Shown in pieces: positions 46,122 to 56,776 of a stretch of 64,000 nucleotides of DNA (positions are counted from its first letter, which is position 1; each line of letters starts with the position of its first letter). The stretch is from NCBI GenBank assembly GCA_964361095.1, contig CAYHZA010000004.1:2236-66235 (forward strand), written 5' to 3'. Source of the stretch: an uncultured Candidatus Saccharibacteria bacterium (GTDB taxonomy: Bacteria; Patescibacteriota; Minisyncoccia; UBA6257; 2-01-FULL-56-20). Below the pieces are notes generated by a model, which was given only the letters and a program-made list of their open reading frames with translations, did no database searches and had not been told where the DNA came from. The translations under genes were made by a program, and so were the position numbers.

Positions 46122-47528
46122 GTGCTTAAGGCACTTCTTTTTATGGATGCACTAGGAAGATTTTTTTATCGGATGGGAGCTGGGATGTTTTTTTTGTCGG
46201 TTGTTCTTTTGGTATGGAGGCGGAATCACTATATAACGTTCGGCGTTTACATTCCTACCATTAAATTTTCGGATCTTCTTCTCCTGGGATCTTTGATCTT
46301 CGTCTGCGGGGCGCTTTTGCTCTCGCACTCTTTAAGAGATTTCCTTTTGAAAGAGTGGAAAGCATTCTCGCGGTGGGTGTTCCTTTGGGGTGCATTTATC
46401 TGTTTTTTTATTTTAGGGTCTTTTATCGGTTTTCTTGTGTTTCACGTAAATTTTTTTTCTGGGAGTATAGAGTATATTCGTCTTGGGATAGGACTTACGG
46501 AGTTTTTTCTCATCATAATTTTTGGTTTTCATAATGATCGCTATATTCGCTTGATTGCATACGCTTTTTTTTCCGCATTGTTATTGATCCCATTCCTTTT
46601 TGTCTCCATTGCAACGATTTTTGAATGGTTTGCCGTGGTATCACCCGCAAGCTATACATTGCTCGGCCTCCAGCCAAGTCCTTTGGTACTCGGCAGTTTC
46701 CTTATTATTCCCGCGACATTTCTTTTCGCCTATGTTTGCGCGGATAAAACTTTTAAAAAATATCTGGCATTGATCGGGGTTACATTTTTTGTCGCTCTTA
46801 TTATTTGGACCGGATCGCGTTCCGCTTGGATTTCGTCATTTATCGCGCTTCTTTCGATAGTTTTGGTGCATGCTCGACAACGTGCTTGGTCTTGGGTAGC
46901 ATTAATACGCGGAGGATTTTTTATTGTCTTGGTTTTTCTTTTCGGATTTTTGATATTGCCGGCGCCCGCTCGCAATACGGCGCTGGTGAGAATTTTCCCT
47001 TATTTGAAAGTTGATGTCGTCGTCGTGGATAATAATTTGGTTTTACCAAAAGAGTCTGAATTTCAGCATTATCTCCTTTCGTGGACTACGTGGGATTTTC
47101 TCCGTGTGAGTAGCCCTGTCGTTGATCTGGGTTTTCGTGAAGACAGAGGAGCGATATGGATGAAGTATGGATGGCGTTTTCTTGAAAATCCCTTGGGTGT
47201 CGGACCTCTTTATGCCTCTATTCTTCCCGAACACAATATTAGCAAACAAGGAGTAAATGCTCATAATCTCTGGCTTCAGGTGGCATTAAGCGGTGGCATT
47301 GGTGCTCTTATTGTTTTCGGCTATATTATTTTTGAGATTGGGCGACGACTTTGGAGGCTCGTGTGGCGTTATGCGGATGATGTTCTCGTCCTTGGTTTGG
47401 CGGGTGCATTTGTGGGTATGCTTGTGAATGCGATATTTATGGACACCCTTGATATTCGATGGTTTTGGATTATTTTGGGTATTATTACGGTAATATGGGA
47501 GAATAAAAAAGAAGAATTTTTCATCTAG
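46122..47528 (+). CDS. Wzy/O-antigen ligase family membrane protein
   Basis: Many TMs, TGSRSAW, NPLGVG and AHNLWL. Confidence 0.82.
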   Translation: MLKALLFMDALGRFFYRMGAGMFFLSVVLLVWRRNHYITFGVYIPTIKFSDLLLLGSLIFVCGALLLSHSLRDFLLKEWKAFSRWVFLWGAFICFFILGSFIGFLVFHVNFFSGSIEYIRLGIGLTEFFLIIIFGFHNDRYIRLIAYAFFSALLLIPFLFVSIATIFEWFAVVSPASYTLLGLQPSPLVLGSFLIIPATFLFAYVCADKTFKKYLALIGVTFFVALIIWTGSRSAWISSFIALLSIVLVHARQRAWSWVALIRGGFFIVLVFLFGFLILPAPARNTALVRIFPYLKVDVVVVDNNLVLPKESEFQHYLLSWTTWDFLRVSSPVVDLGFREDRGAIWMKYGWRFLENPLGVGPLYASILPEHNISKQGVNAHNLWLQVALSGGIGALIVFGYIIFEIGRRLWRLVWRYADDVLVLGLAGAFVGMLVNAIFMDTLDIRWFWIILGIITVIWENKKEEFFI

Positions 47529-47556
47529 GTAATATTTTGCGACTCCATAAAGAGCA

Positions 47557-48600
47557 ATGAGAATTATTTATAGTGGCGTTCGAAACGAGCATTATGTTCT
47601 CCAGCGCGGGAAAAGTTTTGAATATAATAATTTTTATTTGGCGCTGAAGAATATGCCCGATATTGAAGTTATCGAATATCCTTTTGATGCTATCGTGGCG
47701 CAGGGGCGACGCGTGTTTAACGATAATTTACTTGAGTTGGTGCGTAAGGAGCGGCCCGATCTTGTGTTCTGTTTTATGTATACCGATGAACTGGATCCGA
47801 GGGTGCTTATGGAAATTAAAAAATACACAAAAACAATCGCGTGGTTTGCCGATGACTATTGGAGATTTTGGAATTATTCCCGGAGGTGGGCACCTTACTT
47901 TTCTTCTGTTGTAACGACTTCGCACGAGGCATTCGAGTGGTATCATGCCGAGGGACATCGCAATGTTATATTGTCCCAATGGGCTTGTAATACCGCGCTC
48001 TATGCTCCTCGCGATGTTTCGCGTCGGGATATTGACGTAAGTTTTATAGGCCAATATAAGCCCGTGCGTGCCGCTATTATCAAAACATTGTCGCGTGCCG
48101 GTATTCGCGTTGAGGCATTCGGATTCGGTTGGCCGAATGGCAGGGTTTCGCAGGATCGGATGCTTGATATTTTCTCTCGGAGCAAAATCAATCTGAATTT
48201 GAATGTCCGACCGCACCTTTGGGAGCCGCGGATACTCGCCCGTCTTTTCCTTAAGAAATCTATTACCCGCCTTGTCCCGGATTTTCATTTTCTCGACAAC
48301 TTTTCGGCATATCGGCATGTTGTGCTCCCGCATATTCATGCGCGTCCGTTTGAGCTTGCCGGATGCGGCGCGTTCGTTATCTCGGGATATGCCGCCGGTA
48401 TCGAGAATTACTATGTACCCGACACAGAAATGGTGTTCTATCGTTCTCACGAGGAGTTGATCGAAAAAATCAATTACTATCTTTCTCACGACGAAGGACG
48501 GGAACGTATTGCCCGTGCGGGTTACGAGCGTACCCTACGGGATCACACCTACGAGCGACGTTTTGAGAAAATTTTCAACATTATTCACGCCCTAAAATGA
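47557..48600 (+). CDS. CgeB/DUF3880-like glycosyltransferase
   Basis: DVSFIG, SKINLN, RPFELAGCG and HTYERR. Confidence 0.85.
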   Translation: MRIIYSGVRNEHYVLQRGKSFEYNNFYLALKNMPDIEVIEYPFDAIVAQGRRVFNDNLLELVRKERPDLVFCFMYTDELDPRVLMEIKKYTKTIAWFADDYWRFWNYSRRWAPYFSSVVTTSHEAFEWYHAEGHRNVILSQWACNTALYAPRDVSRRDIDVSFIGQYKPVRAAIIKTLSRAGIRVEAFGFGWPNGRVSQDRMLDIFSRSKINLNLNVRPHLWEPRILARLFLKKSITRLVPDFHFLDNFSAYRHVVLPHIHARPFELAGCGAFVISGYAAGIENYYVPDTEMVFYRSHEELIEKINYYLSHDEGRERIARAGYERTLRDHTYERRFEKIFNIIHALK

Positions 48601-49553
48601 AGATGCCCCTCGTATCCGTATTAATTTCTTCATACAATGCCGAAAAATATATTGAAGAAGCGATCAGTTCGGCGTTGCGGCAAACGTATCTGAATATCGA
48701 GGTTATAGTTATCGATGCCGGATCGACCGACCGTACTTCGCAACTTGTCCGAGCATTGAACGATAGGCGAATCCGCTTTATGCAGCATGCTTATGAGCCG
48801 ATTAAAGTAACCCGCAATGCGTTACTCAAGGAAGCCAAGGGAGATTTTCTGACTTTTTTAGACAGTGACGATATCTATCTTGCGGAGAAAGTAGAAGAGG
48901 AGGTTAAATTTTTAGAGCAACATTCGGAATATGCCGCGGTCTACTGTGATCTTCGGTATTTTTTCGACGGTGATCCAGAGCGGCTTTATCGGCATCGGTA
49001 CACTTTTTATTCGGGTGATATCTTCCCCCAACTCTTGGAGAAGATGTTTATTACAAATACAACACTTATGTTTCGGCGCGCGGTAGTCGAAAAAATAGGA
49101 GGGTACGATGAACGTCTTGGTATGGTTGAGGATTGGGATTATTTCTTGCGTATGGCGCATGCGGGATTTCACTTCGGTTTTTTACCGAAAGATTTGGTGC
49201 GGTATCGTTTGCGATGGGACAACCACACTCGCTTTGGCAATCAGGTTCCGATCCAGGAGTCTGCCGTAAAAATTTTTGAGAATCTCAAATTACATATGAC
49301 AAGCGACGAACGTGAACGATATGAAATTGACCGCCATATCGCGAAACGCAAGGAGCGTCTTGTTGTGGCATTACTTGCTGCAGGCAAGAAAAAGATCGCA
49401 TGGGTGTTGTTAGGGGAGTGTCGTACCGCGATGCGAACAACCCGATTGTTGCTTGTCGTATTTTTATTCGTCATTCCTTCCGTATTGTTGCGGTTTGTGA
49501 TCGAACGGGCTTGGAAATGGAAAAAGCGTAATCTTTTTGTTCCGGTTCACTAG
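48597..49553 (+). CDS. Glycosyltransferase family 2
   Basis: VSVLISSYN, DAGSTD, FLDSDD and EDWDY. Confidence 0.92.
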   Translation: MKMPLVSVLISSYNAEKYIEEAISSALRQTYLNIEVIVIDAGSTDRTSQLVRALNDRRIRFMQHAYEPIKVTRNALLKEAKGDFLTFLDSDDIYLAEKVEEEVKFLEQHSEYAAVYCDLRYFFDGDPERLYRHRYTFYSGDIFPQLLEKMFITNTTLMFRRAVVEKIGGYDERLGMVEDWDYFLRMAHAGFHFGFLPKDLVRYRLRWDNHTRFGNQVPIQESAVKIFENLKLHMTSDERERYEIDRHIAKRKERLVVALLAAGKKKIAWVLLGECRTAMRTTRLLLVVFLFVIPSVLLRFVIERAWKWKKRNLFVPVH

Positions 49554-49623
49554 TCGTGCGTCCGAGGTTACGTTGGACACTCTATAAACCCTGTGGTATA
49601 GTGGTTTTGCTTTAATTCTCATT

Positions 49624-50532
49624 ATGAATCGTATTTTAATAACTGGTATCGCCGGATTTATTGGGAGCAATCTTGCGGATAGATTACTTAAAGAAGGGTA
49701 TTCCGTTGTGGGAATCGATAATCTATCCTATGGCGTACGGGAACAGGTGCCGTCCGGAGTTGAGTTCCATAAACTCGATATCCGTTCAAAAGAGATCTAT
49801 CCGGTTTTTGAAGGAATAGATGCGGTGTTCCATTTTGCGGCAAAGAACTGCTTACCCGATTGTCAGAAAGATCCGCTTGAAACTGCGGATATTAATGTGA
49901 CGGGAACTGTGAACGTTTTCGAGGCCGTGCGCAAAGCAGGGGTTCCGAAAATCATTTATGCCGAGTCATCGGCGATTTATGAGGATCGGGCACTCGGGTT
50001 TTACGCGATAAGCAAAATGGCGTGTAATGCTTTCGCCTCCGGCTATAGGGAGGCTTACAACGTAACAAGCATCGGACTTCGCTACTTTAATGTGTATGGT
50101 CCGCGCCAAGATTACCGGAGGACAATCCCTCCTGTGATGAGTACCTTTATCATTAAAGCGTTAAAAAACGAACCTGCGATCTTGTATGATGGTGATGAGA
50201 ACAATAAGAGAGACTTTGTTGCCGTCGACGACGTGAATGATTTCCACCTCTTGTGTCTTCGTGATGCGCGAGCCGATAATAAGGTGTTCGATATCGGGAG
50301 CGGCAGCAACTACTCGGTATTGGAGGTGTATAATGCGGTTAAGGATCTTTTGAAAAATTCGGCGGAACCCATTCGAAGAAAACGTTTACCGGATGATCCG
50401 GTGGTGCAAACACTCGCGGATATTACTCAATCGAAGGACTTAGGATGGGCGCCCAGGGTTTTACTACGAGAGGGTCTCGAACAGATGATCGCTTATATTC
50501 GCGAAGAAATGAAAAAAGGAAATATAAAATAA
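49624..50532 (+). CDS. NAD-dependent NDP-sugar epimerase (LmbM/GalE-like)
   Basis: GIAGFIGS, YAISK and RYFNVYGPRQ. Has its own TGGACA-17-TATAGT promoter upstream. Confidence 0.88.
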   Translation: MNRILITGIAGFIGSNLADRLLKEGYSVVGIDNLSYGVREQVPSGVEFHKLDIRSKEIYPVFEGIDAVFHFAAKNCLPDCQKDPLETADINVTGTVNVFEAVRKAGVPKIIYAESSAIYEDRALGFYAISKMACNAFASGYREAYNVTSIGLRYFNVYGPRQDYRRTIPPVMSTFIIKALKNEPAILYDGDENNKRDFVAVDDVNDFHLLCLRDARADNKVFDIGSGSNYSVLEVYNAVKDLLKNSAEPIRRKRLPDDPVVQTLADITQSKDLGWAPRVLLREGLEQMIAYIREEMKKGNIK

Positions 50533-50536
50533 AAAC

Positions 50537-51523
50537 ATGATTCTCACGCGCGCGCCATTTCGAATTACGTTGGGAGGGGGAGGTACCGATTTACCGGCAT
50601 ATTATTCGAAGTACGGCGGTTTTATATTTGCGGCGGGTATTGATAAATATATGTTCATCAACGTGAATCGCCCCGTTGTTGACGATCTTATTCGTCTTAA
50701 ATACTCCGAGTCGGAGATGGTAGAACATAGAGATGATTTAAAGCACGCGAGCGCGCGCGAAGCGCTCCGCTTTATGGGCATTGAAAACGGTATTGAAATA
50801 AGTTCAATCGCCGACGCGCCTGCGGGAACGGGTCTCGGATCTTCGTGTTGCTACACAGTCGCACTTTTGAAAGGTTTACATGCTTTTAAGAGAGATTATG
50901 TTTCTCTCTATGATCTGGCGGGCGAGGCGTCGCACATTGAAATGGAAGTTTTAAAAAAACCTGCCGGAAAGCAGGACCAGTATATGTCGGCGTTCGGAGG
51001 GCTTACGGTTTTGGATATCGAAAAAGACGGAACAGTAAAAGTAAGAAAAGCGCGCGTTACCGATGATACGATAGACGCGCTCAACAGAAATATGTTGGTT
51101 TTTTATACGAATACCACGCGTAGTGCGGATCATATCTTAAACGATCAAGCGAGTTCAATACGGGAAGAAAAGAAAGATGTCGTGGAGAGTATGCACTATA
51201 TCAAAGATATCGGCTATAAGGTTCTTGAGGCGGTGGAAACGGGAAATCTTTCCGAGGTGGGACTCCTTTTCGATAAGCATTGGCAACATAAGAAAAACAC
51301 TTCTTCGAAGATGTCGAACGAGCGTTTTGATAAAATTTATACTATTGCGAAAGAAAACGGCGCCTTGGGAGGCAAAATTTCCGGAGCCGGAGGAGGCGGA
51401 TTTTTCACGTTTTACGTGGAAGGGGACCAGAAAAAATTTCGAGAAGCCATGAGACAATTGAATCTTCGGGAGATGAAGTATCGCTTTGATTTCGAAGGAG
51501 CAAAAGTGCTTGTTGATTTCTAA
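50537..51523 (+). CDS. GHMP sugar-phosphate 1-kinase (HddA/LmbP-like)
   Basis: RAPFRITLGGGGTD, PAGTGLGSS, GKQDQY and GAGGGG. Confidence 0.9.
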   Translation: MILTRAPFRITLGGGGTDLPAYYSKYGGFIFAAGIDKYMFINVNRPVVDDLIRLKYSESEMVEHRDDLKHASAREALRFMGIENGIEISSIADAPAGTGLGSSCCYTVALLKGLHAFKRDYVSLYDLAGEASHIEMEVLKKPAGKQDQYMSAFGGLTVLDIEKDGTVKVRKARVTDDTIDALNRNMLVFYTNTTRSADHILNDQASSIREEKKDVVESMHYIKDIGYKVLEAVETGNLSEVGLLFDKHWQHKKNTSSKMSNERFDKIYTIAKENGALGGKISGAGGGGFFTFYVEGDQKKFREAMRQLNLREMKYRFDFEGAKVLVDF

Positions 51524-51531
51524 TCTCAAAA

Positions 51532-52842
51532 ATGAATTCTTCCTATACGATCGGCGTGATTGGTCTTTGGCATCTCGGAGAGATTTACTCCGCCGGGCTT
51601 TCGGAGATTGGCCATCGGGTAATCGGTATAAGCGATGATGCTGAGTTAGTCGGCCGTTTCGCGAAAAAAATGCCACCGCTTCCCGAGCCCGGTCTTGAAA
51701 AACTTTTGGCTGATAATTTTGAGCGGGGTCGCCTGGAATATACGGTTGATATCGGACGTGTTTCCGAATGTAATGTTGTATGGCTTACGTTTGATACGCC
51801 TGTTGACGAGAATGATGATATTGATCTCTCGCCTATTTATGAAGCCGTAGACCGAATAATTCCCCATCTTCAAGAGGGAGTGCTCATGGTGGTTTCGAGC
51901 CAGATTCCCGTCGGAACTTCAACCGAAATTATGGATCGCATAAGGCGCGTCCGTCCCGAACTTACCTTTCGCTATGCCTACACTCCCGAGAATCTCCGAT
52001 TAGGGGAAGCGGTAAGGTGTTTTATGGAGCCCGTACGTATTGTCGTGGGCGCCGCGGGAGAAGAAGCATTTCTTAACATGAAGGATATTTTTACCCCTTT
52101 AAAGGCGGAAATTATTCAGATGTCTCCGGCGTCAGCCGAGATGGCAAAACATGCTTTAAACGCGTTTCTTGCTTCCTCGATTTGTTTTGCGAATGATTTA
52201 GCCGATATCGCGGAAGAAGTAGGCGCCGATATGCTCGATGTTTCGCGTGCTCTGCATTCCGATCCGCGAATCGGCCCCCGGGCGTATGTTGACGCAGGGT
52301 TAAGTTTTTCGGGGGGTACCTTAAATCGTGACATAAAAGTGCTTCGGGGTCTTGCTCAAAAATACAATATACATCCCTCGGTTATCGCGACGCTGTATGA
52401 AAAAAATGAAGCTCGGAAGAAGCTCGTGCCGGAAAAACTTGCGAAACTTCTCGGCGGACTTACCGGGAAAACGATTTCATTACTTGGACTTACGTATAAG
52501 CCCGGTACGAAAACTCTTCGGCGATCGCATGCGTTGGAAATCGCGAAAGAGCTTGTTGTTCGAGGAGCCGTTCTGCGCTTGCACGATCCGCAAGCGGAAG
52601 AAAAAGAGATCGGTATTCCGGCTGTTTTCTCGCGCGACGTCTATGAAGCATCCAGGGGAGCGCATGCCGTTGTCGTAGTAACCTCATGGCCTGAATTTAA
52701 AGAGATTGATTTTTCAAAACTGGCCGCTTCCGCGGCTCCCGGAGCGATCTTTTTCGACACGTTTAATTTTCTTTCGTCGAAAGAAAAGGCAATCGCCGAT
52801 GCGGGTTTTCGATACATAGGCATTGGAAGAGGAACCATATGA
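51532..52842 (+). CDS. UDP-glucose/GDP-mannose dehydrogenase family protein lacking the catalytic Cys (LmbL-like)
   Basis: DTP, PENLRLG, AEMAKHALN and GLTYKPGT. GLWHLG replaces GxGxxG, and FSGGTL replaces GGxC. Confidence 0.85.
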   Translation: MNSSYTIGVIGLWHLGEIYSAGLSEIGHRVIGISDDAELVGRFAKKMPPLPEPGLEKLLADNFERGRLEYTVDIGRVSECNVVWLTFDTPVDENDDIDLSPIYEAVDRIIPHLQEGVLMVVSSQIPVGTSTEIMDRIRRVRPELTFRYAYTPENLRLGEAVRCFMEPVRIVVGAAGEEAFLNMKDIFTPLKAEIIQMSPASAEMAKHALNAFLASSICFANDLADIAEEVGADMLDVSRALHSDPRIGPRAYVDAGLSFSGGTLNRDIKVLRGLAQKYNIHPSVIATLYEKNEARKKLVPEKLAKLLGGLTGKTISLLGLTYKPGTKTLRRSHALEIAKELVVRGAVLRLHDPQAEEKEIGIPAVFSRDVYEASRGAHAVVVVTSWPEFKEIDFSKLAASAAPGAIFFDTFNFLSSKEKAIADAGFRYIGIGRGTI

Positions 52843-53702
52843 TACTTAAAGATAAAACAGCTCTCATAACGGGAGGAAGCAGGGGAATCGGCAAAGCGGT
52901 AGCGCGCGCGTTTTTAAGAGAAGGCGCGCGGGTTATGCTTGCCGCGTATTCATCAGAAGAAGAACTTGCCAAAACAGCTGCCGAACTTCAAGAAGAGTTT
53001 AAAAAAGATACGCCAACCGTGTATTATAGTCGATGCGATGTTTCTGATCCGATTGCCGTAAAACGGCTTATCAAGAGAACTCAAGAAGTATTTCTTTCGG
53101 AGAAAATCGACATTGTAGTGAATGCCGCCGGTATTTACGGTCCTATTGGCCTCTCTCATGAGATTAGCCTGGACGAATGGAGACGAACGTATGAAGTAAA
53201 TGTTTTTGGAACATTTATTGTCGTTCAGGAGGTTGTGCCTTGTATGATTAAAAATGGCGGAGGAAAGATTATTAATTTTTCTGGCGGCGGTGACGGGCCG
53301 CTTCCCCGTTTTAGCGCCTATAATTCTTCGAAAGTTGCCGTGGTGCGTCTTACGGAAACACTCGCGGAAGAGTTGAAACAATGGAATATAGCGGTCAATG
53401 CGATTGCGCCGGGTGCGGTCAATACTAAATTTCTTGATCAAGCGCTTGAGGCGGGAGAAGAGAAGGTCGGTAAAAAACGGTACCAGGAACTTTTGAAGCA
53501 AAAAACAGAAGGAGGAACGCCGCCCGAGAAGACGGCAGACCTCTGTGTTTTTCTTGCGTCCTCAAAATCGGACGGGCTCACGGGAAAATTTTTGAGCGCC
53601 GTATGGGATCATTGGTACGAGTGGGATGAGGCGAAAATAAAAGAAATTATGTCGACTTCGGCTTTTACGATCCGTCGTGTCGATCCTTATAGAAAAAATT
53701 AA
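52839..53702 (+). CDS. Short-chain dehydrogenase/reductase
   Basis: TGGSRGIG, NAAG, YNSSK and NAIAPG. Confidence 0.92.
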   Translation: MILKDKTALITGGSRGIGKAVARAFLREGARVMLAAYSSEEELAKTAAELQEEFKKDTPTVYYSRCDVSDPIAVKRLIKRTQEVFLSEKIDIVVNAAGIYGPIGLSHEISLDEWRRTYEVNVFGTFIVVQEVVPCMIKNGGGKIINFSGGGDGPLPRFSAYNSSKVAVVRLTETLAEELKQWNIAVNAIAPGAVNTKFLDQALEAGEEKVGKKRYQELLKQKTEGGTPPEKTADLCVFLASSKSDGLTGKFLSAVWDHWYEWDEAKIKEIMSTSAFTIRRVDPYRKN

Positions 53703-53709
53703 CCGAATT

Positions 53710-54720
53710 ATGAAATTTTTACGCGTAGGTATCGTGGGTGCCGGTCTGATAGGGGCCAAACGCGCGGCGGCGTTGAAAAAAATCGGACGCGCAAGTCTTA
53801 TCGCGGTTGCCGATGTGGATTTTGAACGCGCGAAGAAGCTTGCGGATGAATACGGGGCAAGCGCGGTTAAAAAATGGGAGGATCTTGTATCGCGAGCGGA
53901 TCTTGATGTGATCATTGTCTCCGTGCCGAATAAATTTACGGCGCCGATCGCGATTCAAGCGTTGAAAAACGGCAAGCATGTACTGTGCGAAAAACCTTTC
54001 GGGCGGAACGCCAAAGAGGCAAAAGCAATTCTTGACGCGGGCAAAAAACACAAGCGCCTTATTAAGGTCGGGTTCAGCAATCGTTTTCATCCCGGAATCT
54101 TTCGGGCGAAGCAACTTTTTGATCAAGGTCTTATTGGAAATGCGCTTTTTATTCGCGCCCGACACGGCCATGGCGGCCGCGTTGGCATGGAAAAGGAGTG
54201 GCGGTTGCGGCGGGAAATTTCGGGCGGTGGCGAATTATTGGATCAAGGAGTACATATTATCGATCTTTGCCGCTGGTTCGGAGGTGAATTTACCGAAGTG
54301 TTCGGGTGCGCGGATACGAAATATTGGAAAACAAACGTGGATGACAACGCGTTCGCGATTATGCGCAATAAAAAAATAACCGCCGCGTTTCACGTAAGTA
54401 CCACCAATTGGGGCAACATCTTTTCTTTTGAAGTATTCGGCGAGAAAGGAGCGCTCACGGTTCACGGATTGGGAAGGCGTTACGGTACGGAAACTTTGGA
54501 AGTGGGTATAAAACAACTGCCATTCGGTGATTTAAAAACCGAAACCTATACCTATCCTCCGGATATCGACGAGAGCTGGGAAGACGAGTGGAAAAATTTC
54601 TTGGAAGCCATTTTGAACAAAAAAAAGCTTATCGGTGACGCAATGGACGGATATCGCGTGAATCGGATCGTTGACGCGATCTATCGTTCTTCGAAAACAA
54701 AGAAAACAATCAAGCTTTGA
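53710..54720 (+). CDS. Gfo/Idh/MocA oxidoreductase (LmbZ-like)
   Basis: GAGLIG, HVLCEKP and GGGELLDQGVH. Confidence 0.9.
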   Translation: MKFLRVGIVGAGLIGAKRAAALKKIGRASLIAVADVDFERAKKLADEYGASAVKKWEDLVSRADLDVIIVSVPNKFTAPIAIQALKNGKHVLCEKPFGRNAKEAKAILDAGKKHKRLIKVGFSNRFHPGIFRAKQLFDQGLIGNALFIRARHGHGGRVGMEKEWRLRREISGGGELLDQGVHIIDLCRWFGGEFTEVFGCADTKYWKTNVDDNAFAIMRNKKITAAFHVSTTNWGNIFSFEVFGEKGALTVHGLGRRYGTETLEVGIKQLPFGDLKTETYTYPPDIDESWEDEWKNFLEAILNKKKLIGDAMDGYRVNRIVDAIYRSSKTKKTIKL

Positions 54721-54757
54721 TTTTGACATTCTTTGCTATGTCTTTTAAGCTCTAATA

Positions 54758-55474
54758 ATGAAAACCGTAGCGGACTTGCGTATTAAGATCTTTGGGGATG
54801 GCGCCGACAAGGCAAGTATGCTTGAACTTGCGAAGAAGCCTTTTATTAAGGGTTTCACGACAAATCCGACGCTTATGCAAAAAGCGGGAATTTCCGATTA
54901 TCAGGCGTTCGCGAAGGATATTCTTGCGGCGATTACCGCACTGCCGGTTTCGTTCGAGGTTTTTGCCGATACGTTTTCGGAGATGGAGCGGCAGGCACGG
55001 ATTATCGCTTCGTGGGGAAGTAATGTGTACGTAAAGATTCCTATCACGAATACCAAGCATGAATCGGCGATTCCTTTGGTTAAAAAACTCACCGCCGAGG
55101 GGATCAAGATCAATGTGACCGCGATGCTTACCTTGGAACAAGTGCGGGATGTCGCGGCGAATTTCGCTTCGGGAACACCCGGAATCGTTTCGGTTTTCGC
55201 GGGCCGTATTGCCGATACCGGCAGGGACCCGGTACCGATGATGCAAGAGGCAAAAAAAATCCTCGCGTCACAACCGAATCTGGAACTTTTATGGGCGAGC
55301 CCGCGGGAGCTTTTGAATATTTTCCAGGCGGATGATATCGGATGCGAAATTATTACGGTCACTCCCGATATTTTGAAAAAACTCGACAAAGTAGGGTACG
55401 ACCTTGACATATTGTCGCTTGATACGGTAAAAATGTTCTATGACGACGGCAAAAAAGCCGGTTATACCCTTTAA
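54758..55474 (+). CDS. Transaldolase (LmbR-like)
   Basis: GFTTNPTLM, SFEV, VYVKIP, NVTA, SVFAGRIAD and LWASPRE. Confidence 0.92.
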   Translation: MKTVADLRIKIFGDGADKASMLELAKKPFIKGFTTNPTLMQKAGISDYQAFAKDILAAITALPVSFEVFADTFSEMERQARIIASWGSNVYVKIPITNTKHESAIPLVKKLTAEGIKINVTAMLTLEQVRDVAANFASGTPGIVSVFAGRIADTGRDPVPMMQEAKKILASQPNLELLWASPRELLNIFQADDIGCEIITVTPDILKKLDKVGYDLDILSLDTVKMFYDDGKKAGYTL

Positions 55475-55476
55475 CT

Positions 55477-56079
55477 ATGTATCACGATTATATCCATTCA
55501 TATCTCGCCGAGGTACAAGAGGTCGCCGCGAAGCTTGACCGCGAGGCGATCAATAAAGCAATAGGCATCCTAAAAGAAGTCCGCGACAAAAAGGGGCGGC
55601 TTTTTATTCTCGGTGTTGGCGGGAGCGCGGGGAACGCGAGCCATGCGGTCAATGATTTCAGAAAACTTGCGGGTATCGAATCGTACGCTCCTACGGACAA
55701 TGTTTCGGAACTTACCGCACGTACGAATGACGACGGCTGGGAGAGCGTGTTTGTGAGGTGGCTCGAAGGAAGCTCGGTGGGAGCGAAGGATGCCATTATG
55801 GTTTTTTCGGTTGGAGGAGGAAATGCCGAAAAAAATGTGAGCATGAATATTATTCATGCTCTGGAATATGGCAAGAAAAACGGAGCGAAGGTGATCGGCA
55901 TTGTAAGTCGCGACGGAGGACATACGAAGAAAGTAGCCGATGCCTGTATTTTGGTTCCCGTTGTAAATCCCGAGAACGTAACCGCGCATGCCGAGGCGTT
56001 TCAGGCGGTCATTTGGCACTTGATGGCTTTTCACCCCAAGTTCAAGGTGAACGAAGGGAAATGGGAATCAACGGTATAA
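55477..56079 (+). CDS. SIS-domain phosphosugar isomerase (GmhA/LmbN-like)
   Basis: GVGGSAGNASH, TARTND and SVGG. Confidence 0.88.
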   Translation: MYHDYIHSYLAEVQEVAAKLDREAINKAIGILKEVRDKKGRLFILGVGGSAGNASHAVNDFRKLAGIESYAPTDNVSELTARTNDDGWESVFVRWLEGSSVGAKDAIMVFSVGGGNAEKNVSMNIIHALEYGKKNGAKVIGIVSRDGGHTKKVADACILVPVVNPENVTAHAEAFQAVIWHLMAFHPKFKVNEGKWESTV

Positions 56080-56180
56080 ACCCCGTTACTTCCTGAGTAG
56101 AGGCGATAGGATTTTTTTAAAAAATAATTCAATGCGGCAACCCGAAGGAATATGCTACGCGTTCAAGGAAGTAACGGGGT
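56080..56180. repeat. 101-bp MITE/REP-like element
   Basis: 15-bp terminal inverted repeat ACCCCGTTACTTCCT / AGGAAGTAACGGGGT. Confidence 0.8.
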
Positions 56181-56721
56181 AAAACACAAAGCGGTTTTTC
56201 TTGATCGGGACGGAACGATTCTCCGTCCGATTTTGGTACTTACGAAGCCGACTCAGGTGCGTCCATATGCTGTTGCCGCCCGTGCGATTAAGCTTTTGAA
56301 TCAATTGGGATATCTTGTCGTCGTGGTTACGAATCAGCCGATTATTGAAAAGGGGTTTATAGATGAGAGGGGTGTGAAAAAGCTCCACGCGGTGCTCCAA
56401 AAAAAACTTGCGAAGGGTGGCGCGCTGGTTCGCGCGTTTTATGTGTGCCCTCATCGTTATCCTTCAACGTGTCGGTGCCGCAAACCGAATATAGGATTAG
56501 TGCGGAGAGCGCAAAAGGAATTCAAAATAGATCTTAAAAAAAGTTTTTTTGTGGGGGATTCGACGCGTGACGTGCAAACGGGCAAAAACGCCGGCATAAA
56601 AACTATTTTGGTGCGCACGGGCGAGGGAGGGAAAGACACTCGGTTTTATAAGGCAAAAGCGGATTATGTCGCGCGCGATATTTTAGGCGCCGTAAAACTC
56701 ATAGAGAAACTTTCGGGGTAA
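56152..56721 (+). CDS. HAD sugar-bisphosphate phosphatase (GmhB/LmbK-like)
   Basis: FLDRDGT, VTNQP, CPH..C.CRKP and VGDS..D. Confidence 0.9.
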   Translation: MLRVQGSNGVKHKAVFLDRDGTILRPILVLTKPTQVRPYAVAARAIKLLNQLGYLVVVVTNQPIIEKGFIDERGVKKLHAVLQKKLAKGGALVRAFYVCPHRYPSTCRCRKPNIGLVRRAQKEFKIDLKKSFFVGDSTRDVQTGKNAGIKTILVRTGEGGKDTRFYKAKADYVARDILGAVKLIEKLSG

Positions 56722-56776
56722 AAAAGTGGCCGCACAGGATAGTTGCCCGTGCGGCCATGATGAGTTGCTGTTGTTT

